Notes: generated by a model from the sequence alone, not told the origin. A DNA stretch of 32,104 nucleotides from Candidatus Kerfeldbacteria bacterium (GCA_016217875.1 JACRFN010000080.1:1-32104), one strand, 5' to 3'. Positions 9,264 through 18,296 are shown, counted from the first letter of the stretch. Translations and numbers: made by a program.

Positions 9264-9614
9264 ATGCTACTTATTTGGTACAACCGAATTATTGGGCTTG
9301 TTCTCTTTCTGTTGGGCTTGGCAGGTTTTTTTATAGTAAAAATACCCAACTTCGTTCAACTGGACTTATTCCAAAGCTTTGTCTATCTAATTTTTGGGGC
9401 TATAGGACTGCAGCTGGGCTGGGCTCAGGCCCAAAATAAAACGCGCTCCAGGTACGCTACGGCCACCGGGCTCTTGGGGCTTATATTTTTAGGCTTCGGG
9501 CTGACGCTACCTAACTTCGGCGATATCTTTCACTTGGAACTACCAGAACATGTTGGCCACGCGATTCTTGGCCTGACCGGCTGTATCGTAGGTGATTTAG
9601 GTAAAAAACGATAA
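9264..9614 (+). CDS. Four-TM membrane protein, DUF4383-like; the only credible plus-strand gene
   Basis: Four hydrophobic segments, G...LLLGLAGF and a terminal H..H..LG motif. It fills the gap between minus-strand operons. Confidence 0.7.
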   Translation: MLLIWYNRIIGLVLFLLGLAGFFIVKIPNFVQLDLFQSFVYLIFGAIGLQLGWAQAQNKTRSRYATATGLLGLIFLGFGLTLPNFGDIFHLELPEHVGHAILGLTGCIVGDLGKKR

Positions 9615-9665
9615 ACTTTCATTGCCCAAACAGAGCACTGAACCCTGTTGGAAATTAAGCTTAAA

Positions 9666-10022
9666 CTACTTCAACGCCTGGTGCAGCGCCTCCAGCGGCA
9701 AGAGAGCACACCTGACACGATTGGGCCCTAGTTCAACGCCCACTAATTTAAGTAGCTCTTCTTTTTTTAAGGCCACGACTTCGGCCAGAGTTTTAGCTTG
9801 AACAAATTCCGCCAGCATATCGGCGGCGGCTTGCGATAACACGCAACCCTCACCCATCCACCGCGCCTGAACAATTTTATCATCTCTGGTCTGCAGGTAA
9901 AAAATCACACTGTCGCCGCAGGACGGATTCGCCGCCGTGCTACGCTTGTCGGCAGCCTTAAGTTCGCCCCGATGCTGCGGATGCTTATAATGATCCAGAA
10001 TATTCTGCTGATAAAGATCCAT
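9666..10022 (-). CDS. sufU: SufU/IscU-type Fe-S assembly protein
   Basis: LYQQNILDHYKHP, NPSCGD, GEGCVLSQAA, RVRCALL; lacks the IscU LPPVK motif and follows sufS. Confidence 0.88.
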   Translation of the reverse strand: MDLYQQNILDHYKHPQHRGELKAADKRSTAANPSCGDSVIFYLQTRDDKIVQARWMGEGCVLSQAAADMLAEFVQAKTLAEVVALKKEELLKLVGVELGPNRVRCALLPLEALHQALK

Positions 10023-10060
10023 AAATAATTAGCCACTGGTTCCTAGCTATTAGCCAATAA

Positions 10061-11275
10061 TTAACTAAACAACCGTTTAGCTTTTTCAATACCTTCAATC
10101 AAACGATCAAAATCTTCTTTACTGTTGTAGATGGTGGCGCTGGCGCGGGTTGTGGCCGATATGTTGTACAGACGATGCAATGGCTGGGCGCAGTGATGCC
10201 CGGAGCGTACCGCAATATTAAGATCATCCAGCACACTGGATAAATCATGAGGATGAACGCCAGCTATGGTAAAAGCAAACACCGGACCACGATTTTGCGG
10301 CGTGCTGGGCCCGAGCAGATGCAAACCTGTCACGGCTAAAAGTTTAGGCAAGGCATAACGCGTTAACTCGTCTTCATAAGTCATATAATCTTGCCAACCT
10401 AAACTCATGACAAACTCAAGGGCCGCGCCCAAACCTATTACTTCGGCAATGGCCGGGGTGCCGGCTTCAAATTTAGCCGGTATATCAGCCCAAGTTGAAT
10501 CATCCCACTGCACTTCGTTTATCATACTGCCGCCGTACTGGAAGGGCGGTAAATCTTCAAGCCTGGCTCGCTTGCCATACAGCACACCCACGCCTGAGGG
10601 GCCAAACACTTTGTGCCCGGAAAAAGCCAAAAAGTCACAATCCAGAGTTTGCACGTCAAGCGGCCTGTGACTCGCCATTTGCGCTGCGTCTACCACCACC
10701 AGGGCGCCTAAAGCGCGAGCCCGTGGAATTATAACCTTGAGTTCGGTGACAGTCCCCAGCACATTCGACATTGCGCTCAAGGCTACTACCTTGGTCTTAG
10801 TGGTAAGATACTCATCTAACTTATCCAGATCCAATCTGCCGTCTGGAGTCAACGGTAAAAAACGTACGGTAAACCCATAACGTTTACCCATTTGCTGCCA
10901 AGGCACCAAGTTGGCGTGATGTTCAAGCTGACTCAGCAACACCTCATCTCCCGGCTTAAGCCGCTGGCTATAAGTTTGGGCCACCAGATTAAGCGCTTCA
11001 GTGGCGTTGCGGGTAAATATTATCTCCTCAAGCTGTCGCGCCTGGAGGAAACGAGCAGTTATGACGCGAGCGTTTTCATAAGCAGTGGTAGCCGCCTCCG
11101 ACAAGCGGTATATGCCGCGGTGAACATTAGCGTAACTGGTGCGATAACAACGGTCTATCGCTTCTAAGACCGCGGCAGGTTTTTGGGTAGAGGCGGCGTT
11201 ATCCAAAAAAGCCAGATTTTTATTAACTGGCTCGGCAAACACGGGGAATTGCCTGCGTATATTATCCGACAACAT
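10061..11275 (-). CDS. sufS: Cysteine desulfurase SufS
   Basis: LDNAASTQKP, ANVHRG, EHHANLVPW, DAAQ, FSGHK (PLP Lys), FEAGTP, RSGHHCAQP. Confidence 0.96.
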   Translation of the reverse strand: MLSDNIRRQFPVFAEPVNKNLAFLDNAASTQKPAAVLEAIDRCYRTSYANVHRGIYRLSEAATTAYENARVITARFLQARQLEEIIFTRNATEALNLVAQTYSQRLKPGDEVLLSQLEHHANLVPWQQMGKRYGFTVRFLPLTPDGRLDLDKLDEYLTTKTKVVALSAMSNVLGTVTELKVIIPRARALGALVVVDAAQMASHRPLDVQTLDCDFLAFSGHKVFGPSGVGVLYGKRARLEDLPPFQYGGSMINEVQWDDSTWADIPAKFEAGTPAIAEVIGLGAALEFVMSLGWQDYMTYEDELTRYALPKLLAVTGLHLLGPSTPQNRGPVFAFTIAGVHPHDLSSVLDDLNIAVRSGHHCAQPLHRLYNISATTRASATIYNSKEDFDRLIEGIEKAKRLFS

Positions 11276-11281
11276 AAACGG

Positions 11282-12001
11282 TTAGTAACCGATTAAACCA
11301 CGTAACCGCGGCGACAACCCTGCCAAAGCCGGCTCCAAAAAAGCCGTAGTCAAAAGTTTTTCTGCCGCCAGACGATCCAAGCCTCGGCTCTGTAAATAGA
11401 ATAACTCTTCCGGAGACAGTTTGCCAACCGCCGTGCCATGTGAAGCCTTAACCTCATCGGTTAAAATCTCAAGCTTAGGTACCGACGTAGCCCGGGCCTT
11501 ATCCCCTATGAGCAAAGCTTTATCAGACAGATAGGTGTCCGTACCGGTAGCCTGTGGAGACACCTTAAGCAGGCCCCAAAATTCGCCGGCCGAGTTATCG
11601 GCCTGGACTCGGCGACTAACGACACGGCCAAAGGTTTGGGGGGCTAAATGTTCAAAAACATTCTCCACATAAATCTCCGCTCCTTGACTGGCCACTAGAG
11701 CAGTCTGTTCCTTAACTTTGGCGCCACGGCCAACTAGCCTTATATAGCTGAAAAATTTTGTGGCTGCTTTGGTCTTAAAAGCCACCACCACAGTCAGACT
11801 GCTGTCCTGAGCTACGCTGGCCTGAAGATTAAAAACCGACGGCAATGACGACAAGACCAGTAGTAAACTGGCCCCGGGTTCAACCTCCACGGTGTATTGA
11901 TTGTTAGTTGGCTTTGCTAAAAAAACTTCCTGCCTGGTACGGGGTGGAATCAGTATTTTAGCGCCCGAACTAAATTGTCTGGCAGGGCTGGCGGCGGTCA
12001 T
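11282..12001 (-). CDS. sufD: SufD-like Fe-S assembly protein (short form)
   Basis: PKLEILTDEVKASHGTAVG, ELFYLQSRGL; lies between sufB and sufS. Confidence 0.88.
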   Translation of the reverse strand: MTAASPARQFSSGAKILIPPRTRQEVFLAKPTNNQYTVEVEPGASLLLVLSSLPSVFNLQASVAQDSSLTVVVAFKTKAATKFFSYIRLVGRGAKVKEQTALVASQGAEIYVENVFEHLAPQTFGRVVSRRVQADNSAGEFWGLLKVSPQATGTDTYLSDKALLIGDKARATSVPKLEILTDEVKASHGTAVGKLSPEELFYLQSRGLDRLAAEKLLTTAFLEPALAGLSPRLRGLIGY

Positions 12002-12004
12002 AAT

Positions 12005-13405
12005 TTATCCCACACTCCCTTCCATTTCCAACTCAATCAACCTATTTAACTCCAAGGCAAACTCCATAGGCAGTTCTTTGGCCACCGGCTCAATAAAGCC
12101 GGCCACAATCAAGGCGGCGGCTTCGGCCTCTGTCAGGCCGCGCGAGCGCAAGTAAAAAAGCTGCTCCTCACCCACCTTGGACACTGTGGCCTCGTGTTCC
12201 ATACTTACGTCATTAGAATCTATTTGCATGGTGGGGTAAGTGTCTGAGCGTGAATCCCCGTCTAACAGCAAGGCATCGCATCTTACTTTACTGCGTATGT
12301 TCATAGCCTGAGGGGCCACCTTAATTAGGCCACGATAGCTGGTGCGGCCGCCGCCGCGCGACACTGACTTGGACACGATATTGGAACTGGTGTCGGAAGC
12401 CAGATGTATGGCCTTGGCCCCGGCGTCCTGATGCTGGCCTGGGCCGGCAAAAGCCAGTGACAGCACGTCAGCCCGGGCGCCCCGCTCTTTCATAACTACG
12501 CAGGGATATTTCATGGTTACCTTGCTGCCGAAATTTCCATCCACCCATTCCACCACTGAGCCCTCGTAGGCCACGGCCCGTTTAGTCACCAGATTATATA
12601 CATTATTGGACCAATTCTGTATGGTGGTGTAACGCACCCGCGCATACGGCTTGGCTATAATCTCCACCACCGCGCAATGAAGTGAATCTACGGCATAGAC
12701 CGGCGCGGTGCAACCCTCCACGTAATGAACAAAACTGCCCTCCTCGGCCACAATCAGGGTGCGCTCAAACTGGCCCATGTTGCGGGCGTTAAGCCTAAAA
12801 TATGCCTGCAGTGGTATGGTGACGTGTACACCTTGGGGTACATAAACGAAACTGCCACCGCTCCAAACCGCTGAGTTTAAGGAAGCGAACTTATTGTCTT
12901 TCAGTGGTACCACCGTGCCAAAATATTGTTTCACTATCTCGGGATGACGCCTCAGGCCCTCATCCATATCAAGAAATATAACGCCCTGGTGCTGCCATTC
13001 CGCTTTGAGATTGTGATACACGGCCTCAGAATCATACTGCGCCCCCACCCCGGCCAAGAGCTTGGCTTCGGCTTGGGGAATACCCAGCTTGGTAAAAGTA
13101 TTTTTAATCCGCGCCGGGACGTCATCCCAGGTTTCAGCCCGCCTGGCTGACGGTTTTAAATAATAACAAATGCCGTCAAAGTTAATGCCTCCAAGATCAG
13201 CTCCCCAGGTTGGCAAAGCGGCCGTCTTAAACAACTCCAGGGCCTTAAGGCGCAATTGCCTCATCCAACCAGGTTCATTTTTGACAGCTGATATTTCCTC
13301 AACGACCCTGGCGCTTAAACCTGGGGGTATGGCATACACTGGTCTCAACTTGTCATGGAAACCGTATTCATATCGGCTGCCGATTTTTAAATCAGACTTA
13401 GCCAT
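12005..13405 (-). CDS. sufB: Fe-S cluster assembly protein SufB
   Basis: YGFHD, AQYDSE, SAVWSGGSFVYVP, GQFERTLI, YVEGCTAP, NLVTKRA, HEATVSK, FYLRSRG. ATG at 13405 (MAKSDL) preferred over GTG at 13444. Confidence 0.96.
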   Translation of the reverse strand: MAKSDLKIGSRYEYGFHDKLRPVYAIPPGLSARVVEEISAVKNEPGWMRQLRLKALELFKTAALPTWGADLGGINFDGICYYLKPSARRAETWDDVPARIKNTFTKLGIPQAEAKLLAGVGAQYDSEAVYHNLKAEWQHQGVIFLDMDEGLRRHPEIVKQYFGTVVPLKDNKFASLNSAVWSGGSFVYVPQGVHVTIPLQAYFRLNARNMGQFERTLIVAEEGSFVHYVEGCTAPVYAVDSLHCAVVEIIAKPYARVRYTTIQNWSNNVYNLVTKRAVAYEGSVVEWVDGNFGSKVTMKYPCVVMKERGARADVLSLAFAGPGQHQDAGAKAIHLASDTSSNIVSKSVSRGGGRTSYRGLIKVAPQAMNIRSKVRCDALLLDGDSRSDTYPTMQIDSNDVSMEHEATVSKVGEEQLFYLRSRGLTEAEAAALIVAGFIEPVAKELPMEFALELNRLIELEMEGSVG

Positions 13406-14153
13406 GTGCCTCAACAAAATTACGATAACCGCTGCGTTCCACACGACGGGCTAATTTGCTGTCACCTGAAGCCACTATTTTGCCTCCGGTCATAATGTGC
13501 ACCTGATGGGGTTTAAAATAACGAAGCAACCGTGGATAATGTGTGATAACCATAATACTCGTGGTGGCGGCTATTTTTTTGAGCGCTTCCATAACGGTTT
13601 TCAGGGCATCTAAATCCAAACCGGAGTCAGTTTCATCCAAAATCGCCAGGCGCGGTTTTAAAACCATCAATTGCAGTATCTCAAAGCGCTTCTTCTCGCC
13701 GCCCGAGAAACCATCATTCAAGCTACGTTGCAGCAGATCTTCCCTAAACCTGAGGATTTTAATATTTTTTTCCAGTACTGGGCGGAAATCCTTGGCTGAC
13801 AATATTGGCTCGCCGCGAATTTTGGCTTGCGCATTCCTGGCACTGCGTAGAAACTGCTCCACTTGCAACCCCGGGACGGCTGGCGGGTACTGCCAAGCCA
13901 AAAAAAGCCCCCGCGCGGCTCGGGCGTCAGGTTTTATTTCAGTCAGGCGGCGGCCGGATAAATTGATATGGCCAGATGTCACTGTGTAGGCAGGATGACC
14001 CATTATCACCTGAGCCAAAGTCGATTTACCAGATCCGTTGGGCCCCATAACGGCATGAATCTCACCTGTTTTAATTTTAAGATTCAGCCCCTTGATGATC
14101 TCCTTACCCTCTACTGCCACGTGAAGGTTTCTTATTTCTAAAAGTCTGGGCAT
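13398..14153 (-). CDS. sufC: Fe-S cluster assembly ATPase SufC
   Basis: MGPNGSGKST, FLAWQYP, NDGFSGGEKKR.EILQ, ILDETDSGLDLDA, ITHY. Confidence 0.96.
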   Translation of the reverse strand: MPRLLEIRNLHVAVEGKEIIKGLNLKIKTGEIHAVMGPNGSGKSTLAQVIMGHPAYTVTSGHINLSGRRLTEIKPDARAARGLFLAWQYPPAVPGLQVEQFLRSARNAQAKIRGEPILSAKDFRPVLEKNIKILRFREDLLQRSLNDGFSGGEKKRFEILQLMVLKPRLAILDETDSGLDLDALKTVMEALKKIAATTSIMVITHYPRLLRYFKPHQVHIMTGGKIVASGDSKLARRVERSGYRNFVEAHG

Positions 14154-14163
14154 GCCGCCGGTA

Positions 14164-14766
14164 TTACTTTTCCAGGCGAGCGGCTACGGTCGGCCAATTG
14201 ACCACATTCCACCAGGCCTCCACGTATTCAGGCCGACGGTTCTGGTACTTGAGGTAATAGGCATGCTCCCAAACATCCAAACCCAGCAAGGGCTTAAGAC
14301 CTTGTGAGATAGGGCTATCCTGATTAGCGGTTGTCACAATACTTAGCTCACCGGATGAGTCAGCTACCAACCAAGTCCAACCACTGCCAAACAACCCTAA
14401 AGTTGCTTTGGTAAAAGCTTCTCTAAACTTTGTCCAGTCGCCGAATGACTTAGCCAGCCTGGCTGCCAGTTCACCTTGCGGCTGGTCGCTGCCGCCTGGT
14501 TTCATTAAAGTCCAAAACAACGAATGGTTGTAATGGCCGCCGCCGTGATTACGCACGGCCGTACGAATAGCCTCGGGTGCAGAATCAAGCGAAGATAAAA
14601 GCTCCTCTAGACTTTTATTTTGCAACTCGGGTGCCTGCGCTAGTGCTTCATTAAGTTTAGCCACGTAGGCGGCATGATGTTTGGCGTGATGTATCTCCAT
14701 GGTCTTGGCGTCGATATAAGGCTCGAGCGCGTCGTAGGCGTAGAGGAGGTTGGGTAAGGCAAACAT
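14164..14766 (-). CDS. sodA: Mn/Fe superoxide dismutase (Mn-type signatures)
   Basis: [40 protein letters not shown]. Confidence 0.93.
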   Translation of the reverse strand: MFALPNLLYAYDALEPYIDAKTMEIHHAKHHAAYVAKLNEALAQAPELQNKSLEELLSSLDSAPEAIRTAVRNHGGGHYNHSLFWTLMKPGGSDQPQGELAARLAKSFGDWTKFREAFTKATLGLFGSGWTWLVADSSGELSIVTTANQDSPISQGLKPLLGLDVWEHAYYLKYQNRRPEYVEAWWNVVNWPTVAARLEK

Positions 14767-14801
14767 AAAACAATAAATTAATAATAAATTTTAAGTAGAA
14801 G

Positions 14802-15236
14802 TCAGGGTTTAGATGGCCAATCTACCACCGTTATAGTCGGCAGTATGTCAGCCAGGGTATACCGGGCCAATAGTCCATACAGTTTGCTGTGCACTTTTTG
14901 ATAACCAGTTTTACGCTCGCAGGCCGCCTGGCGCTCGCAACAGCGACCGTCGTGAGTACAGCGTACCGGCTCTAGCTCACCCTCCAGCGCGCGCAGTACA
15001 TCGATGAGTTTAAGCTTACCAGCTGGCTGGGCCAAGGCGTAACCACCCACCTTACCTTGACGGCTGACCACCAGATGCCCGGCAAGCAACCGGCGGGCTA
15101 AACGTTCCAGGTACTTAAGCGGCAAGCGTCGCTCACTGGCTACCGTAGCCAGGCTGGCGTACTGCCCCTTGCGTAAACCGGCCAAATAACCCACCAAAAG
15201 CAAACCATAATCGCCGCGGGCTGAAAGTTTGAGCAT
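14802..15236 (-). CDS. Rrf2-family transcriptional regulator with Cys cluster (IscR-like)
   Basis: DYGL, YLERL...L...LV.SRQGKVGGYAL, DVLRALEG, C-THDGR-CC-ERQAA-C; first gene of the sod-suf operon. Confidence 0.9.
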   Translation of the reverse strand: MLKLSARGDYGLLLVGYLAGLRKGQYASLATVASERRLPLKYLERLARRLLAGHLVVSRQGKVGGYALAQPAGKLKLIDVLRALEGELEPVRCTHDGRCCERQAACERKTGYQKVHSKLYGLLARYTLADILPTITVVDWPSKP

Positions 15237-15242
15237 AAATTA

Positions 15243-15278
15243 AGTATAGCAAAACTCCTACCTTTTGGGTAGGAGTTT
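15243..15278 (-). promoter_or_regulatory. Inverted repeat (putative Rrf2 operator) abutting an extended -10
   Basis: AAACTCCTACC-N5-GGTAGGAGTTT (15252-15278, perfect 11-bp arms), followed on the minus strand by TG-C-TATACT and, 6 nt later, the ATG at 15236. Confidence 0.65.
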
Positions 15279-15302
15279 ATCAACAAGCTCAAACAGCTGT
15301 AA

Positions 15303-15497
15303 TTAAGCGGTTTCTTGGCGGTGGCCTTCGTCGTCGTAAACGTAAGTCTTGCCCTCGTTCTCGTCCTGGGTTTTGGTGTGGGAACCATCGCAAAACGGCT
15401 GATTCTTGGATAGGCCGCACATGCAAATCCAAACAGATTTGTCCTGCGGTTTGACCTCCATTGGCCCGTGAGCCGTTTTTTTAATCAGTCGCGCCAT
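15303..15497 (-). CDS. CDGSH iron-sulfur domain protein
   Basis: [17 protein letters not shown]. Confidence 0.93.
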   Translation of the reverse strand: MARLIKKTAHGPMEVKPQDKSVWICMCGLSKNQPFCDGSHTKTQDENEGKTYVYDDEGHRQETA

Positions 15498-15559
15498 AAA
15501 AAATAATGCGGTTAATGATTACATCCTTATCATCATATCACTTACACGTTTTATCTGTC

Positions 15560-15595
15560 CACCATTTACCCTTTCGCGCGAAAGGGTAAATGGTG
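15560..15595. repeat. Perfect 36-bp palindrome downstream of the ArsR-like gene
   Basis: CACCATTTACCCTTTCGC|GCGAAAGGGTAAATGGTG. Confidence 0.95.
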
Positions 15596-15608
15596 AATTC
15601 TACCACAA

Positions 15609-15887
15609 CTACGTCAACTGCCTAATAAGTTTAAGTAACGACTTCAAATGGAATGGCAAATCGTCATTAAGTTGATATAGTCCTGAATATCTATTTTGAT
15701 AACGCTCAAGAAAACCACCCTGGCGCAGCATGATGAGATGTTTTGAAGTTGACTTAAATGACAAATGTATAGCGGCCGCCACATCACCTACTGACTTTGA
15801 TCTACCATTTAACAGCAGTTCCATAATTTCTATACGTTTCCTGGCGGACAGCAAACGACACGACTTTTCCAGTTCGGTTATTTTCAT
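15609..15887 (-). CDS. ArsR/SmtB-like winged-helix DNA-binding protein
   Basis: LSARKRIEIMELL...SVGDVAAAIHLSFKSTSKHLIMLRQGGFL. ATG at 15887 is preceded by AGGAGG; 92 aa. Confidence 0.85.
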   Translation of the reverse strand: MKITELEKSCRLLSARKRIEIMELLLNGRSKSVGDVAAAIHLSFKSTSKHLIMLRQGGFLERYQNRYSGLYQLNDDLPFHLKSLLKLIRQLT

Positions 15888-15901
15888 ACTACCTCCTACC
15901 T

Positions 15902-15931
15902 CATTTACCGATTCGCGCGAATCGGTAAATG
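15902..15931. repeat. Perfect 30-bp palindrome upstream of the ArsR-like gene
   Basis: CATTTACCGATTCGC|GCGAATCGGTAAATG; same family as 15560-15595. Confidence 0.95.
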
Positions 15932-15945
15932 CTAAATTTTTAAAA

Positions 15946-16890
15946 TCAAAGGGTGGTGATGGGGCGGGATTGGGTAATGTAGAATTTACCGCTGGCTTGC
16001 GCCCACTCAATGTCGCAAGGAAAACCGTAATGTTTTTCAATGCCGAGGCAAATTTTGGCTAAGGCAATTATCTCCTTACCATTCAGCTTTTGTTTGGATT
16101 TTTTGTTGGCCGCCACTTTTTTCCAAACATTGCCTCCGGTGGATTTACCTTGCATGAATTTTACCTGCTCAGCTACGTTCACATCCATAAGCGTGAGGTG
16201 TTTCTTATCAATAACATAAGAGTCGGGCGTTATTTGTCCTGATACTATGGCTTCGCCCAAACCAAGCCCTGCCTCAATGATCATTTGATTCTTATCCTTA
16301 GTTACCGGATGCACAGTAAAAGCAATGCCGGCAATCTCGGACTGCACCATGGCCTGCACCACCACCGCCACTGAAACTTTGGCTTTGTGCATTTTTTTCT
16401 CGTGGCGGTAGAAAATAGCGCGCGGCGTGAAAAGCGAGGACCAGCAATCTTTAACGCGCTTCAATAAAGTCCTGTCAGTCGTATTCAAATAAGTTTCCAA
16501 CTCCCCTGCCCAACTTGCCTGGGTTGAGTCCTCGGCCGTGGCCGAAGAACGCACGGCCACATACTTGGCTTTAAGTTTTTTAAACTCGGCCGTTATCTCT
16601 TTAGCTAAATCTTTTGGCATACGGGTGTCGTGAATAAGGTCGCGAATCACCACTGAATACCTTTCCACTGAATTGATGTCTTTATATTCAACCTTTTTCA
16701 ACTGAGCCTCGATATCTACTTCCAAGTCAGTCTCGTGCAAAAATCTGTCAAAAGCACTGGCCAAAATGACAAACCCCGGCGGCACCGGAATGCCGGCTTG
16801 TGTCATCTCGCCCAAACTCGCCCCCTTGCCACCGGCCAAAGGCACATCTTTTTTAGAAATTTTACTGAATGACAAGATGTACTTTACCAT
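15946..16890 (-). CDS. Stand-alone ATP-grasp nucleotide-binding domain of the PEP synthase/PPDK family
   Basis: GGKGASLGEM, PVPPGF, VAVRSSATAEDS..ASWAG, VVVQAMV, GIAFT, GLGEAIVSG..TPD, DIEWA; the protein ends at QSRPITTL, with no His or TIM-barrel domain. Confidence 0.93.
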   Translation of the reverse strand: MVKYILSFSKISKKDVPLAGGKGASLGEMTQAGIPVPPGFVILASAFDRFLHETDLEVDIEAQLKKVEYKDINSVERYSVVIRDLIHDTRMPKDLAKEITAEFKKLKAKYVAVRSSATAEDSTQASWAGELETYLNTTDRTLLKRVKDCWSSLFTPRAIFYRHEKKMHKAKVSVAVVVQAMVQSEIAGIAFTVHPVTKDKNQMIIEAGLGLGEAIVSGQITPDSYVIDKKHLTLMDVNVAEQVKFMQGKSTGGNVWKKVAANKKSKQKLNGKEIIALAKICLGIEKHYGFPCDIEWAQASGKFYITQSRPITTL

Positions 16891-16899
16891 ATCAAGCTT

Positions 16900-16928
16900 A
16901 ATTTACCAGATATAACAAATATTGACAA
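16900..16928 (-). promoter_or_regulatory. Sigma70-type promoter of the ATP-grasp gene
   Basis: TTGTCA-17 nt-TAAATT with an extended TG, 9 nt before the ATG at 16890. Confidence 0.55.
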
Positions 16929-16969
16929 AAAATAAAACGACCAGAGGTGTTGTAATCACTTCTAGCCGT
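16927..16969 (-). terminator. Intrinsic terminator after the aminopeptidase gene
   Basis: Minus strand ACGGCTAGAAGTG-7 nt loop-CACCTCTGGTCGT (13-bp stem with 2 G:U pairs and 1 mismatch), followed by TTTATTTTTT. Confidence 0.65.
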
Positions 16970-16991
16970 CTGAATTTATATAGTTGAATAT

Positions 16992-18296
16992 TTAGTACTC
17001 CTGTGGCTCACCTTTTTCAATAAATTTAAACATTGAGCCATCATTCCGTTCGCATTCTACTGTGACTTCTCCACCCGAATTCAAGCCTATAACCATATCA
17101 CAATGGACTGTAGCGGAATTGAAATTCGGCGTTCCAGGCTCACGACCGAATGAACCATTACTTCCGACCGCAATATGGACTGTTCCATATTTCTTCTCTC
17201 CCTCGGAGGAGCCCCAATATTCACGCGGCTTGGCTTCCAGGGCTCGTCTATTTGTGCCTACACCAAATTCTGCTAAACGATAGGCATCGTTGTGTCTGTT
17301 ATTACCACTATCAAGATACGCGACCCAAAGTTTCTTGGCCTCGGTACTCCCTTCAACCCTTACCACCTCACCATTCTGGATAGTTAACCGAAGCGGCTGG
17401 CCCTTGTCCAAAATATCCTGATTAATGTTACCGCCACATGGCCCATCAACAATCAAAATACCATCTGACCCTTGCCAGTCGGGAGAACATGACCATTCGC
17501 CTATTGGGTAATTTGACAATTGGCCTGGTTTGTTAAGGCGACCATCCTCTAATTCCATATATTCAGGTCTAACCTTAAGCCATAGGTCAGTTCCTAGTTC
17601 GGTAGTTATGTGAACTCTATTCACATCACGCATCAATTTTTGTATCTTATCCGCACGTTCACGCAAAACCTCAACATTTTCCAGTACGGCACCTTTAGTC
17701 AGTATGTCGTAAGGGTTATGACCCTTGGTTATGGAAATGATTCGACTACGAGTAGACTTGGCTAACAATTTCATCTTTTTGTAGGAAGAGTCTGGCAAAC
17801 GACCGTTTAACTCCCGTAGCCTTTGTGGGGAAAGTCCAGACCATCCTTTATTGACGGTCTGGGTAAAAGTAGGTGAACTTAATATTTGCTCAATTACCGA
17901 ACGTTCGACTGCGTTACCCCTTATGGCTGTCCCGGTTTCCGATGAATGAGAACGGGACATTGAAGTAACTATAAGTACCGGACGATCCAACATCTTTTTA
18001 CCAATAGTCTCGCCTAGTGGAGTGGCAGACTTAGGTGAAGCCGGAATTACATATAATTCATAACCTCCAGCGGCACGTGGGTCTTGTGAAGTCCTCTGTT
18101 CAAGCTCTTGCTGTATTGACTCTATAAAAGATTGATTTAATTCCATGACCTTGGTATCTGTAACCACCAATAGACTCTCTTTGGTCGGCTGAAAATCAAA
18201 ACAATCAATAATATTCTTGGCAGCAAGCCTCAGGCGCTCTTTGTTTTCAAGCTCCGATGTTTGTTCGTTAGATAACGATTCTTTTCCTAAAGTCAT
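16992..18296 (-). CDS. M29/aminopeptidase T-like metallopeptidase-fold protein
   Basis: GTDL, NYPIGE...SP, DG..IVDG, LAEFGVGTN, EKKYGTVHIAVGSN, VHCDMV. ATG at 18296 has a GGAGG SD. Confidence 0.8.
   Translation of the reverse strand: MTLGKESLSNEQTSELENKERLRLAAKNIIDCFDFQPTKESLLVVTDTKVMELNQSFIESIQQELEQRTSQDPRAAGGYELYVIPASPKSATPLGETIGKKMLDRPVLIVTSMSRSHSSETGTAIRGNAVERSVIEQILSSPTFTQTVNKGWSGLSPQRLRELNGRLPDSSYKKMKLLAKSTRSRIISITKGHNPYDILTKGAVLENVEVLRERADKIQKLMRDVNRVHITTELGTDLWLKVRPEYMELEDGRLNKPGQLSNYPIGEWSCSPDWQGSDGILIVDGPCGGNINQDILDKGQPLRLTIQNGEVVRVEGSTEAKKLWVAYLDSGNNRHNDAYRLAEFGVGTNRRALEAKPREYWGSSEGEKKYGTVHIAVGSNGSFGREPGTPNFNSATVHCDMVIGLNSGGEVTVECERNDGSMFKFIEKGEPQEY

Noticed and set aside
9615..9665. 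Bidirectional terminator between the convergent membrane-protein gene and sufU
   Set aside because: Only a weak AACAG/CTGTT stem with a long loop; not supportable.
15560..15931. Palindromes as a CRISPR array or as intrinsic terminators
   Set aside because: There are only two copies, separated by a gene, with no cas genes, no loop and no U-tract.
15888..16040. 143-aa version of the ArsR ORF
   Set aside because: The extension overlaps the ATP-grasp gene and reads through the palindrome; the ATG at 15887 has a strong SD.
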